Below, one piece after another: positions 48,402-57,894 of a stretch of DNA of 64,000 nucleotides. The stretch is from IMG/VR virus record IMGVR_UViG_3300027784_000005, positions 1,121 to 65,120 of that record. One strand, written 5' to 3'. A program made the translations under genes and the position numbers. Each line of letters begins with the position of its first letter. The first letter of the stretch is position 1. Source of the DNA: a virus. The notes below the pieces were generated by a model. It was not told the origin of the DNA. It searched no databases and saw nothing but the letters and a program-made list of their open reading frames with translations.

Positions 48402-50031
48402 CGTCTTGTAATTTAGTTATCATATTATCCACTTTATTTAATTTATCTATCAACTCAGAACTAGCTTGATCTTTTAATTCTATCTTAATCTCATCTTTCA
48501 ATTGATTTAACAATTTTATTTTATATTTATTAAATAAGTCAAAAGATAATTTTTCTTTATCTTTCTTTGAATATTTACTATAGTTAGATACTAATTGTAT
48601 AAAGCTATCATCGTTGATTAGATTATCATCCTCAGATATTAAAAAGGGATTAATTAGTTTCTCTCTAAAGCTTTTAGGGGACCTAGATATTAAGAATTTA
48701 TCATGTTTAATCTCTGTTATTTCAACCTTAGATACTAAAAGAGAAGCTAAGAGTTTGTCTTCGATTGTTACCTCCTTGGTTTCTTGAGGTCGATTAAATG
48801 TATAAGGATTAACTTGAAATCGATTTAAAAGATGGTAAAGTTCCTCTAAGGGGATATTTGATAATTTACTGAGTTGGTTGATTTGATCAGTTTTAGTAAA
48901 CTTATCTTGTATAGTTGAAAGTCTTTTTATGGCTTCTTTTAAATTATCCTTAGAAGAGGATTTTGAGAATTTATAGAGGAAAGATAGATAGTTATAAGTC
49001 CTTTTCTTTATAGCTTTACTAAAACTCCCGTGTTCTTTTAATAAATCATCAGGGTCTTTCTTCATCTCAAAAACAATCTTAGTTTTTACTCCATGGGATA
49101 AAAACATCTGACCCACATTTAAACCAAATTTAAACCCTGCTTTGTCACCATCACAAAAAATAAGTGCTTGATTTATACTTTTTGAAATTTGGTAGGCTTG
49201 AAATGAATTAAAGTAAGACCCAGATACCGCTATTCCGAGGTTTATTTCTCTCTCAATTAATTGTGCCACATCAAACTGACCCTCAACAACAACAACCTTG
49301 GCTTTCTTTCTTATGCGAGATTTATTTAAATCCCATCCATAAATAACCTCTTTCTTTTTAAACCAATCTCCCTCTTTACTATTTAGGTATTTAGGTACTT
49401 TAGGATTATCTGATAGGGTCCTGCCCATAAATCCAACGATATCCTCTGCTTTAGAGATAGGGAAGATGATTCTATCTTTAAAAAAACTTACATCCTTATT
49501 ATTTTTAGTAACAAGGATGTTTGCTTTTTTCAATAGAGTGGAATCAAAGTCATATTTATTTAAGTGAAAGGGGTTTTTAGGGGCATAGCCTATACCTAGT
49601 TTTTTAGCTGTTTCTTTAGAAATCTCTCTTTTTTTAAGGAAATCCCTAGCATCCTTAGCTTCTGGGGATTCGAATAGGATTTTTTGATAAATATAAGACA
49701 GCCTTTTATTGATATTGATGATGTCGGTATAGTATTCGTCTTTTTTATCAATATTTTTTATTAAACGAGGTTTATTAAATCTTTTCGCTAATTTCTCTAA
49801 AGCTTTTGTATAAGTGATATTTTCTATTAGAGAAACAAATTTAATAGCATTACCTCCCACCCCACAGCCCGCTCCAAAACATTTAAAAATCCCGAGGTCT
49901 TCATTAATGGATAAAGAAGCGGTGTCTTCTTTATGGAATGGACAAACAGCCTTATTATTCTTTACTTCTATGTAATCTTTTACTACTTTTAGTATATCAA
50001 ATTCTTTAGTTAGATTTTCTTCTCTGGTCAT
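48394..50031 (-). CDS. dnaG: DNA primase (DnaG-type)
   Basis: CPFH...CFGAGC Zn finger, KYLNS, Toprim VVEGQFD and DGDKAG. Confidence 0.95.
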   Translation of the reverse strand: MTREENLTKEFDILKVVKDYIEVKNNKAVCPFHKEDTASLSINEDLGIFKCFGAGCGVGGNAIKFVSLIENITYTKALEKLAKRFNKPRLIKNIDKKDEYYTDIININKRLSYIYQKILFESPEAKDARDFLKKREISKETAKKLGIGYAPKNPFHLNKYDFDSTLLKKANILVTKNNKDVSFFKDRIIFPISKAEDIVGFMGRTLSDNPKVPKYLNSKEGDWFKKKEVIYGWDLNKSRIRKKAKVVVVEGQFDVAQLIEREINLGIAVSGSYFNSFQAYQISKSINQALIFCDGDKAGFKFGLNVGQMFLSHGVKTKIVFEMKKDPDDLLKEHGSFSKAIKKRTYNYLSFLYKFSKSSSKDNLKEAIKRLSTIQDKFTKTDQINQLSKLSNIPLEELYHLLNRFQVNPYTFNRPQETKEVTIEDKLLASLLVSKVEITEIKHDKFLISRSPKSFREKLINPFLISEDDNLINDDSFIQLVSNYSKYSKKDKEKLSFDLFNKYKIKLLNQLKDEIKIELKDQASSELIDKLNKVDNMITKLQDDE

Positions 50032-51034
50032 TATTATAAATTTGTTCTTTTAAGAAAAAACTAATAGCTGTTATTATTTGAGGAACAATAGATTTCCCCA
50101 CCTGATCTAGTTGTTGAGTGGAAGTACCATAGAACTTAAAGGTATCTGGCCATCCCATTAATCGGGCTGTTTCTCTTACTGATAGAGTACGAGGTTCATA
50201 TGGGTGTACAAACCTAGAGCAACTTGATGCTACGGTCCAAGAGGGTTTATCATAATAAAGTCTTCTGTTATTTTGAGTATTATAATAAGATTTCCCTGGC
50301 TTTAAGTTTTTAAAACCTTTTTCTCTTATTGAGGAGTGCTTTGGTTTTTCATTATTAAAATCACCCTCTGGTATATCATCAAAAGCTTCGCCTACCGTAC
50401 TCCCATGTCTCATTTGCTCTAAGGCTATCATAGTATCATTAGATAACGAGGATGGATTAAAAGGTAATATTGGTAACTGGGACCCAATCAAAAAGAATCT
50501 TTTCCTCTTTTGTGCTACATTAAAATCATAGGAGTTTAGTATAATTGTTTGAATATAATAACCTTTAAAAGATTGTGATATTTCTCCTGTTTTTACTCCT
50601 TCAATTTTGAAATAACGTTCTCCATTATAATTATAGCTATGGAAATCTAAGTGATTTGTGATATTAGGCACATTCTCCAGAATAAAACCATTAGGTTTAA
50701 TTAGATTACACATAATATCTATAAATCTACAAAAATCATTATTAAACGTTTTAGAGGTTATTTCCCTATTCTCTTTTACTTTTTTAGTACTAAGATTAGA
50801 GAATGTTTTACAATCAGGAGATCCTATAATTAAGTTAGCAGATAATAGGTTTAAAGGGACCTTTGATATATCATTAAAAAACTTAATATCTTTAAAGTTT
50901 CTCTCTATAGTATCTGTGTGTACGAAATTCCTATCATCATAATTAAAAATGGGGCGGAAACCAGCTTCCTGAGCCCCTAATAACCCAGCTCCAGCTCCGC
51001 CCCAAATTCCTCCTACTGTTAGTTGACTATCCAT
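50006..51034 (-). CDS. C5-cytosine DNA methyltransferase-fold protein with atypical motifs
   Basis: Motif IV GSPDC, VI ENV, VIII QKRKR, IX RTLSVRETARLMGWP, X QVGKSIVP; motif I is IWGGAG. Confidence 0.8.
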   Translation of the reverse strand: MDSQLTVGGIWGGAGAGLLGAQEAGFRPIFNYDDRNFVHTDTIERNFKDIKFFNDISKVPLNLLSANLIIGSPDCKTFSNLSTKKVKENREITSKTFNNDFCRFIDIMCNLIKPNGFILENVPNITNHLDFHSYNYNGERYFKIEGVKTGEISQSFKGYYIQTIILNSYDFNVAQKRKRFFLIGSQLPILPFNPSSLSNDTMIALEQMRHGSTVGEAFDDIPEGDFNNEKPKHSSIREKGFKNLKPGKSYYNTQNNRRLYYDKPSWTVASSCSRFVHPYEPRTLSVRETARLMGWPDTFKFYGTSTQQLDQVGKSIVPQIITAISFFLKEQIYNNDQRRKSN

Positions 51035-51744
51035 TAGAATATTCCTCTGGTTTTCATATCCTTATAATAAGCATGGAGTGATGTAGAGAAATAAGTATAA
51101 TTACCGACAGGAACTCCGATTTGAGAAGATATGTATTTCTGTAACTGAATAGCATGCCAGTTATCAAAAGGGAAATGAGTTAAAAAGTCACAAGACCTCA
51201 TGGTATAGACGCAATTTAGTTTATCACCCCTTATCATAAAATTATAAAACATGCTACAAGGTATACGCCCTTTACCTCCAATGTTTTGAAGATCAATTGT
51301 GTTATTATGGATGCTAATGATTGCTTGACGGGTAGGAGAATTTTTCTTGAGCTCTTCTATTATCCTTGTTAATTGGGTTCTTATCCTCTCATTGTAAGTA
51401 TAATGAAAACGCCCATCGTGGATAAACTCTTCCCATACTTCTGATCTTAGTTTCCAAGCCTCTCCCGGGTTTATTAATCTAGCGCTAGTTCTTTCTTTAA
51501 AATCAGCTAAAGCCCATTCTAACATTCTTTGATAATCATCTTCAAATAAATAACTTAAAAAAGAATTTTCATCATCGGGGTTAGTTACCATAAAACTATA
51601 AGATTGCATTTCTTTAGTATAATAATCTTCGTCCCCTTTTACATATTTATCTTGCATGGTGTGAGGTTTAACGGTAGTACCCAATTCCCACAAATCCCTT
51701 TCTACTTCCCTTACTGCTTCTGAACATTTACTAAATATCCTCAT
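51034..51744 (-). CDS. thymidylate synthase-fold enzyme A (dCMP-type specificity residue)
   Basis: RQAIISI, IPC, RSCDFLTHFPFD, SLHAY. Confidence 0.85.
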   Translation of the reverse strand: MRIFSKCSEAVREVERDLWELGTTVKPHTMQDKYVKGDEDYYTKEMQSYSFMVTNPDDENSFLSYLFEDDYQRMLEWALADFKERTSARLINPGEAWKLRSEVWEEFIHDGRFHYTYNERIRTQLTRIIEELKKNSPTRQAIISIHNNTIDLQNIGGKGRIPCSMFYNFMIRGDKLNCVYTMRSCDFLTHFPFDNWHAIQLQKYISSQIGVPVGNYTYFSTSLHAYYKDMKTRGIF

Positions 51745-51781
51745 TATATTATCCTCTTTTTTAAAGTTATATTTTATCTTC

Positions 51782-51955
51782 CTATTTCATTTTTTCAGTG
51801 AAGAAATCTTTAGCTTTCTTGGCTGCTTCTAATGAACTATCTGCTTCAATAGGTCCATATACATTATCCCCTTCGAAAACAGAAGTTTCAGTTTTCTTTT
51901 CTCTGACAGAAATTCTTAAAGTATCGGGGTAAAATTTAGCATAAAACTCAGTCAT
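51782..51955 (-). CDS. hypothetical protein (57 aa, absent from the ORF track)
   Basis: MTEFYAKFYPDTLRISVREKK...; fills the gap between two TS-fold genes. Confidence 0.55.
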   Translation of the reverse strand: MTEFYAKFYPDTLRISVREKKTETSVFEGDNVYGPIEADSSLEAAKKAKDFFTEKMK

Positions 51956-51968
51956 AATTTTTATCTTT

Positions 51969-52739
51969 TTAGTTTTTTAATAATATAGGAACATCTACTC
52001 CGTCTTCTTCCATGATCCTATGAGTTCTTTTTACAATCCTCTTAATGAAAGTCATAGTGATGCTATCAATAGATTTAGGGTCACCGAATTTATCATCCCA
52101 TATTTTTAGAGAATCTTTAAAAGCTTTATTCCAAGAACCACAAGATATCCCATATTTCCTTAAGAACATAGCACACAAGGGGGCATTAAACATATTGATA
52201 AAACCTGATGTTATGAATATAGAGAAATTAGTACAATAAACCTTTTCTTTAGCAAAACGATTAAGTATTTCCTCTAAGAAGACTAAATCCATAAACATCT
52301 TTGGATATATCTCAGTAGCTCTAAAGATGATCAAAGCCTCATACTTAGTCATAGATTCCTTTTGTATATATAATGAATCTAAGCATTTTAACCTAGAGGA
52401 ATCATCAAAAGCTGGTTCAGAAAAAGAAATTAACCCCCTTGACTGACGGGGTTGTAATTTTCTTATAATGGAAGTTAAAACATCATGTTGTTTTTTAACT
52501 TTATCTGAATAATAAGAAGTCCTTAGGGAAGCCAACTTCATATCCTTATCATAACCAGAGTACCTATAAAAATCTTGTTCCATGATCTTATTTTCGAAAT
52601 GTACTCCGTGAGTGTAACCAAAGACTTTTCGACAATAAACAGAGGGGTTATAATATACTGATCTTTCAGATGTAGCTAGGTGAGCAAGGCTATTAAACCA
52701 TAACTCTACTAGATTATCTCCGTCTATTTGTAAAAACAT
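51969..52739 (-). CDS. highly divergent thymidylate synthase-fold protein C
   Basis: SRGLISF, LKCLDSL, FRATEIYPKMFMD in TS motif order and spacing. Confidence 0.55.
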   Translation of the reverse strand: MFLQIDGDNLVELWFNSLAHLATSERSVYYNPSVYCRKVFGYTHGVHFENKIMEQDFYRYSGYDKDMKLASLRTSYYSDKVKKQHDVLTSIIRKLQPRQSRGLISFSEPAFDDSSRLKCLDSLYIQKESMTKYEALIIFRATEIYPKMFMDLVFLEEILNRFAKEKVYCTNFSIFITSGFINMFNAPLCAMFLRKYGISCGSWNKAFKDSLKIWDDKFGDPKSIDSITMTFIKRIVKRTHRIMEEDGVDVPILLKN

Positions 52740-52740
52740 T

Positions 52741-52989
52741 TTAATTTCTCCTGTTTAGTAGGTTATGGTGTACTGCCTTCGAGAAGGTTTCTAGCTCATG
52801 CCATAAAAGATTGCCAACTACCGACTTTAATATATTATCAGAGATTAATTCAGCATGAGGTTTTGTTAATCTATTTAAGATAATTTGTTTTTTAACGTTG
52901 ACAGTGAAAGGCTCTATGATTTCCTTTTTATCTTTAATGATTAATTGTTCTTCGAAACTTAAAACCCAATCTTTTATTTTTTCTTCCAT
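52741..52989 (-). CDS. hypothetical protein
   Basis: 82-aa ORF. Confidence 0.55.
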   Translation of the reverse strand: MEEKIKDWVLSFEEQLIIKDKKEIIEPFTVNVKKQIILNRLTKPHAELISDNILKSVVGNLLWHELETFSKAVHHNLLNRRN

Positions 52990-52990
52990 C

Positions 52991-53464
52991 TCATAGCTTT
53001 GGTTTATTATAATAACAAACGGTAGAGTGTGATCTATTTAAGGCCTGTCCTATTTTATTGGTAGAAAAACCTTGTCTTTTAGCATGTTGATAAAACTGTT
53101 TTCTTAGTTCAACCAATTTTTCATCTCTCTTTTTAGACTTCATCTCTTCTTCAGATATACCCACCTCCTTACAAAACATATTAAGGGTTTTTTCTATATT
53201 ACTAGATTTATAAAAAAGCTCTGCAGTTGAATCTAGCTCTATTTTTTCTACATCTCTTGTGGGGCCGATATAGGCTCGATTACCTTTATTATTAAAGACC
53301 CCTAAAGCATTTTTAAGATTTTCATTATTCTCTATCCTTTCGTTATTTATCTTTTTTAATTCATCCCAACCACATATTCTACTGGATGTTTTTACCCACT
53401 CTAAACAGTTAAATTTGAATAGATCTCCAACCTCTAAATATAAGAATTTAACTTTTTTATTCAT
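52991..53464 (-). CDS. protein with a C-terminal DnaA domain IV-like HTH
   Basis: MKSKKR...LVELRK...KIGQALNRSHSTV. Confidence 0.65.
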   Translation of the reverse strand: MNKKVKFLYLEVGDLFKFNCLEWVKTSSRICGWDELKKINNERIENNENLKNALGVFNNKGNRAYIGPTRDVEKIELDSTAELFYKSSNIEKTLNMFCKEVGISEEEMKSKKRDEKLVELRKQFYQHAKRQGFSTNKIGQALNRSHSTVCYYNKPKL

Positions 53465-53705
53465 AGTCTATCAAGTTTTTAATGGCGGCTTTAGTCATAC
53501 TTATAGTTATAGAGATAATTATAACAAACCAAAATATAGAAAATACAAAGAAAACTGTTTTAGAGGCCTTAGGGTAACCCATTAAAAACTTAGTATCTTT
53601 AACGATTGAAGGCCTAATGGACATAAAGATAGGTAAGAAATATACAAACCCTCCCAGATATAAAAACCCTAGAATCAATATCCAAATATTAGGAAAATTT
53701 TCCAT
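53457..53705 (-). CDS. small membrane protein
   Basis: Two hydrophobic helices. Confidence 0.6.
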   Translation of the reverse strand: MENFPNIWILILGFLYLGGFVYFLPIFMSIRPSIVKDTKFLMGYPKASKTVFFVFSIFWFVIIISITISMTKAAIKNLIDYE

Positions 53706-53706
53706 A

Positions 53707-54327
53707 TTAATAGTTCGTATTTTGACGGAATTTATTTACTTGAGATTTTTTATAGTATAGTTCATATATATCCTTAGCTTCACATCCAGATATTACAAAA
53801 AGAACAATTAGTTTTGTGAAAGACTTATTAGCAATATGTTCGAATTTATTATAATCGGTTAAGACCTGGGTTTTCTTCCATTTCTTATTCTTGAGGGTGT
53901 TACCTACTAACCCCAGGTGTTTAATGTAATCTAAACTACCTTCGTTAATAGAATGGTCAGTAGACTTTTCAGTTATAGTACCTTTTATGTTATTAACCAT
54001 TTCTTCTAAATTTGAAAAGCGGTGTTTAGAATCTACCCCAGCTAAGATTAAAGCCTCAACAATAAAATGTAGAGCATCAGATAATTCTTCTAGGTAATGC
54101 TCTTTATGTCCCAGTTCTAAAGCCTCTAAAGCCTCAGCAACTTCTTCAGTAGACCTCCAAAGAAAATCTTTTATCCAAGCTTGGTGCTCATAGTTATTAA
54201 TATCAAAGGGCCAATCTGGTATACCTTCAATATCTTTATACTTAATTGCTAGATCCTCTTGAGTTTTAAAAATATCTCTAAGGAATTGCATTGAATCTGG
54301 TACATCTACTACATCTTGGATATTCAT
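53707..54327 (-). CDS. dimeric all-alpha dUTPase/dCTPase (T4 gp56-like superfamily)
   Basis: EEVAEA, EELSDALHF, KNKKWK, KSQVNKFRQ. Confidence 0.8.
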   Translation of the reverse strand: MNIQDVVDVPDSMQFLRDIFKTQEDLAIKYKDIEGIPDWPFDINNYEHQAWIKDFLWRSTEEVAEALEALELGHKEHYLEELSDALHFIVEALILAGVDSKHRFSNLEEMVNNIKGTITEKSTDHSINEGSLDYIKHLGLVGNTLKNKKWKKTQVLTDYNKFEHIANKSFTKLIVLFVISGCEAKDIYELYYKKSQVNKFRQNTNY

Positions 54328-54330
54328 ATA

Positions 54331-54879
54331 TTAAGCCTCATTTATTTTTAGTTTTATAAAATTGATTGCATTGTTAAAATATTTATCATCCCCATTAACC
54401 GAAAAAACATTTACTTTAGTATTTTCTAGGAACTTTAAATACCTTTGATTTAGATAAAAAATATCTTCTTTATTTATATAATCATCGCCTCTAGAAGATA
54501 GACGCTCATTTAAAGTATGATTGTCTGAAAAGACATAGATTATTAAAACTTCTTCACCAAGTTCTTCTACTATCTCATTTTCAAAAGACTCATAAAATCG
54601 ATCTTCAAATCCTTCATAATTCCTTTTTACTAAAGAATACACCATCTCTGAGGGATAAAACCTCTCTACGATTAAGTGAGACCTATTAAGTCTTATTGTT
54701 TTTTTATAAAGATCATATACTGTTTTGTATGATCTCTTTAATCTACCTATCTCAGATTGATCAGAAGACCGCGGGATATCACCTCTACGAATTAAAAACG
54801 AATTATTTAATTCTCTTAAAAGTTTATTAGCAAAAGTCGTTTTACCTGAACAATCGACCCCTTCTATGATTATCATCAT
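54331..54879 (-). CDS. deoxynucleoside monophosphate kinase
   Basis: IIIEGVDCSGKTT P-loop; ERFYPSE. Confidence 0.85.
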   Translation of the reverse strand: MMIIIEGVDCSGKTTFANKLLRELNNSFLIRRGDIPRSSDQSEIGRLKRSYKTVYDLYKKTIRLNRSHLIVERFYPSEMVYSLVKRNYEGFEDRFYESFENEIVEELGEEVLIIYVFSDNHTLNERLSSRGDDYINKEDIFYLNQRYLKFLENTKVNVFSVNGDDKYFNNAINFIKLKINEA

Positions 54880-54892
54880 ATTTTTTACCAGT

Positions 54893-55381
54893 TTATTGTT
54901 TTATTGATAAGACCCCATCAGCTGATTGGTGTAAGTAATTATTATCTTTTAGTTCTTTTATTACTTTAGAGATTCTAGTGTTGGGGGTTTTACCTTCTTG
55001 TGCATAATTATACTCATCCGATACTATACGAATGATTTGTTCTTTGTTATACTTACCTTCCCTTATCAACCCGATTATAAATTGTTTTCTGGATTGTTTA
55101 CCTCCTTTAGACGAAGATTTTGATTTATTATTTCTCTTAATCAACTTTTCATCTTGTATGTGTTTTTTCTTTTCTTGATTATATGCTGTTAAAGCTTCTT
55201 GAAATTTATTCCATACTTGATCTAATATCTCATCTCGTTCTAAGTCTTGGTTGATCTCTATACCCACTTCTTTTTCTAATATGTTTGTTAGCTCCTCAGT
55301 TTCTATGTGTGGGCTTTTTATTAAAAACTCAAAATCTTCATAAGTAATATTACTCGGGTTACTTAAACTCTTATTAGCCAT
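54893..55381 (-). CDS. hypothetical protein with a possible C-terminal winged HTH
   Basis: SRKQFIIGLI...RISKVIKELKDNNYL. Confidence 0.45.
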   Translation of the reverse strand: MANKSLSNPSNITYEDFEFLIKSPHIETEELTNILEKEVGIEINQDLERDEILDQVWNKFQEALTAYNQEKKKHIQDEKLIKRNNKSKSSSKGGKQSRKQFIIGLIREGKYNKEQIIRIVSDEYNYAQEGKTPNTRISKVIKELKDNNYLHQSADGVLSIKQ

Positions 55382-55386
55382 AGTAT

Positions 55387-55689
55387 TTATTTTTTAGGGT
55401 TATCTTTTAAAAACTTTTCTACATAGTTAGAGGTAGAAGGACTATTGATTTTTGATAATTTAAGAGCACATTCTTCAAAAGTTTTTTTATCTTCTTTTGA
55501 TAAATTATTAATATACTCTTTAGCACAAAAACGTAAAAACTCAGAAAGATTAAAATTTCCGTATTGAGTTTTCCATAAAACTTCTATAATCCTAAACAAG
55601 TTAATTTCTCTAGCAGGAATATAAACCGTCTTGATAATATGTTTTTTATTATCAGTAAACGGGAATGTTTTGGGTTTTTCTATTTCCAT
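55387..55689 (-). CDS. putative ribbon-helix-helix regulator
   Basis: KTVYIP...NLSEFLRFCAKEYI. Confidence 0.45.
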   Translation of the reverse strand: MEIEKPKTFPFTDNKKHIIKTVYIPAREINLFRIIEVLWKTQYGNFNLSEFLRFCAKEYINNLSKEDKKTFEECALKLSKINSPSTSNYVEKFLKDNPKK

Positions 55690-55690
55690 A

Positions 55691-57157
55691 TTATTCCTCG
55701 ATCTTCTTTATTATTTCTCTTAAAAAATCAAAACCTTGTTCTTCTATATTAACAATACCCATGAACTCAAATTCCTCTTCGGACTCATAAACCTTTTTTC
55801 TCTTCCTAGAATGTTTAATTAACATCCCTCTTTCGTCATCATCAAAAAAATCAATCATGATAGCTACCTTTTTACCATCACTTACTCTTAAAACTCTACC
55901 AGTCTGTTGAATAGATTTTTTATCAGATTTACCCCCCGCTCCATATATTAGTACGTCCATGGTGGGGATATTAACTCCTTCTTTTACTAAAGTAGTGAAT
56001 AGTATGTTAAACTCTTTGTTTTTAAATTGATCTAATATCTCTACTCTGTTAGGAGTTTCCCCGGTTAATAACTTTGAACCCTCAGTCATATCATTTAAAG
56101 GAACTCCGTGTTTTTTAACAAGATTAATAGATACAAGGACACTCAATCCTTTACTAGCTAGATACATAGAAAGTCTACTAATAACCTCATTCCTATAATT
56201 ATTTTCAATAATGTTATGGTCATAAGTAGTTTTCCAGTCAGATATTTTTTTAGCCGGTGATCTGACCATCCATATATAAGGTTTGGTTAAATAACCATTC
56301 TTAATTAAGAAAGAACTACTAACTATATCAATAACCCTTCCAGTTGCTCCTTCTAGCGTATTTCTATCTAAAGAGTCTTTGCTACCCGGTGTAGCTGTTA
56401 AACCAAATCGATAAAAAGCATCTACTGCCATAGATATAAAAAAGTAACTATTTTTCGGCCGGCCTTTATTATCCATTTTGATATGATGAGCCTCATCAAA
56501 AAACAAAACATCAATACTATCTAAAAATTCTTTGAATATTAGGTTATTTTGTTTAATTAATGACCAAGCACTTTGAACCGTGCATACCGTGATCTGTTTA
56601 GGATCATAGACCTTATCCCCAATTTTACCTATGTATTGGGGGTCAATACCTACATCATTTATGAAATCCCCTATGGCTTGATTTAATAGTGTGATGTCTG
56701 GGACAATATATAAAGAATTATAACCAAGTTTAGCTAAGATATACCCTGCTAAAGGGGTTTTACCAGAACCCGTAGCATGATTTAAGATACCTCTTTTCTT
56801 TTTAACAGCTTTTTCAAAAGCCTCTTTTTGATAACCCCTTAATTCGAAGTCATCTTTTATGGACAAAATATTGGCTTCAGAAGTCTTTGGACTATTTCTT
56901 TTGTCTTTAATATTTACTTCAATACCCAAGCTATTAGATATAATATGATAAAACTTCCCGGTCCATCCGCTAGGAAATTTATTATCCTGTGTAAAATATG
57001 TAACATATCCTTTTTGAATTTTTCTACGAGGAGGTCTGGTGGACCAATCCATGCCATAAAACTCATACTCTAGTACACACCACTCCCTAATCATATCTAA
57101 AATTTCTTCAGAGGCTTTTACTTCTGTATAAGCATTATGTATTTCAAAGGTTATCAT
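55691..57157 (-). CDS. superfamily 2 helicase (UvsW-like)
   Basis: LRGYQ, ATGSGKT, DEAHH, GLTATP, QQTGRVLR. Confidence 0.9.
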   Translation of the reverse strand: MITFEIHNAYTEVKASEEILDMIREWCVLEYEFYGMDWSTRPPRRKIQKGYVTYFTQDNKFPSGWTGKFYHIISNSLGIEVNIKDKRNSPKTSEANILSIKDDFELRGYQKEAFEKAVKKKRGILNHATGSGKTPLAGYILAKLGYNSLYIVPDITLLNQAIGDFINDVGIDPQYIGKIGDKVYDPKQITVCTVQSAWSLIKQNNLIFKEFLDSIDVLFFDEAHHIKMDNKGRPKNSYFFISMAVDAFYRFGLTATPGSKDSLDRNTLEGATGRVIDIVSSSFLIKNGYLTKPYIWMVRSPAKKISDWKTTYDHNIIENNYRNEVISRLSMYLASKGLSVLVSINLVKKHGVPLNDMTEGSKLLTGETPNRVEILDQFKNKEFNILFTTLVKEGVNIPTMDVLIYGAGGKSDKKSIQQTGRVLRVSDGKKVAIMIDFFDDDERGMLIKHSRKRKKVYESEEEFEFMGIVNIEEQGFDFLREIIKKIEE

Positions 57158-57788
57158 AGTAAGGACTATATTTTTTAGAGACCTCCCTTATAGCTTTATT
57201 TATTATATCAAAATAGATGGAGATACTTGGCTTAGAATACCCAGTGATTTTAGATATAGTACTTCTTGTCATTTCTGGGAATGCCATTTTTAATTCAAAA
57301 ACTCTATTAACTCTTCTTCTGTTCTTAATTCTTTCTTGTACTTCAACACAAATTTTTGTATATAAATCCTGATCAAACTCTTGTTGATAAATACCTGAGT
57401 CTAAGAACTCTTGATAATAAACCTCTTCTATTGTATATTTTGTTTCTTCCCCATCGAAGGTAGAGGGCCCATCAATACTCATCGGAGTACCCATCTTAGT
57501 ATGAGAAGATCTTTGGATAGATTTTATTTCTCTTATCAAATATTGAGTCATTTGATTCCTTATCCAGGATATAAGAGTAGAACCTTTATCTTTTTCCCAA
57601 GTACCCAGAGCTTTATATAACCCAATTCGAGTAGCTTGAATAAAATCCTCTTTAGTTCTTGCCCCCGTAGGATCATAGTATTTATTTACTTTAACCATAC
57701 CAACGGTTTTATTAAACAAAATATCAAAGGCTTGAGAATCACCGTTGTGATATCTGTGAGCTAAGTCTTGAGCTGATTTTTCATCCAT
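57144..57788 (-). CDS. sigma-70 family RNA polymerase sigma factor
   Basis: GDSQAFDIL...EDFIQATRIGLYKA..TWEKDKG region 2 pattern; C-terminal HTH. Confidence 0.75.
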   Translation of the reverse strand: MDEKSAQDLAHRYHNGDSQAFDILFNKTVGMVKVNKYYDPTGARTKEDFIQATRIGLYKALGTWEKDKGSTLISWIRNQMTQYLIREIKSIQRSSHTKMGTPMSIDGPSTFDGEETKYTIEEVYYQEFLDSGIYQQEFDQDLYTKICVEVQERIKNRRRVNRVFELKMAFPEMTRSTISKITGYSKPSISIYFDIINKAIREVSKKYSPYYDNL

Positions 57789-57894
57789 AATCTTTATTAG
57801 TTTAGTTTATATGGAATTGATACAAATATAATATATAATTATATTATAATATACAAATAAAATTTTTCATATTACATTAACTAATCCAGCACTC

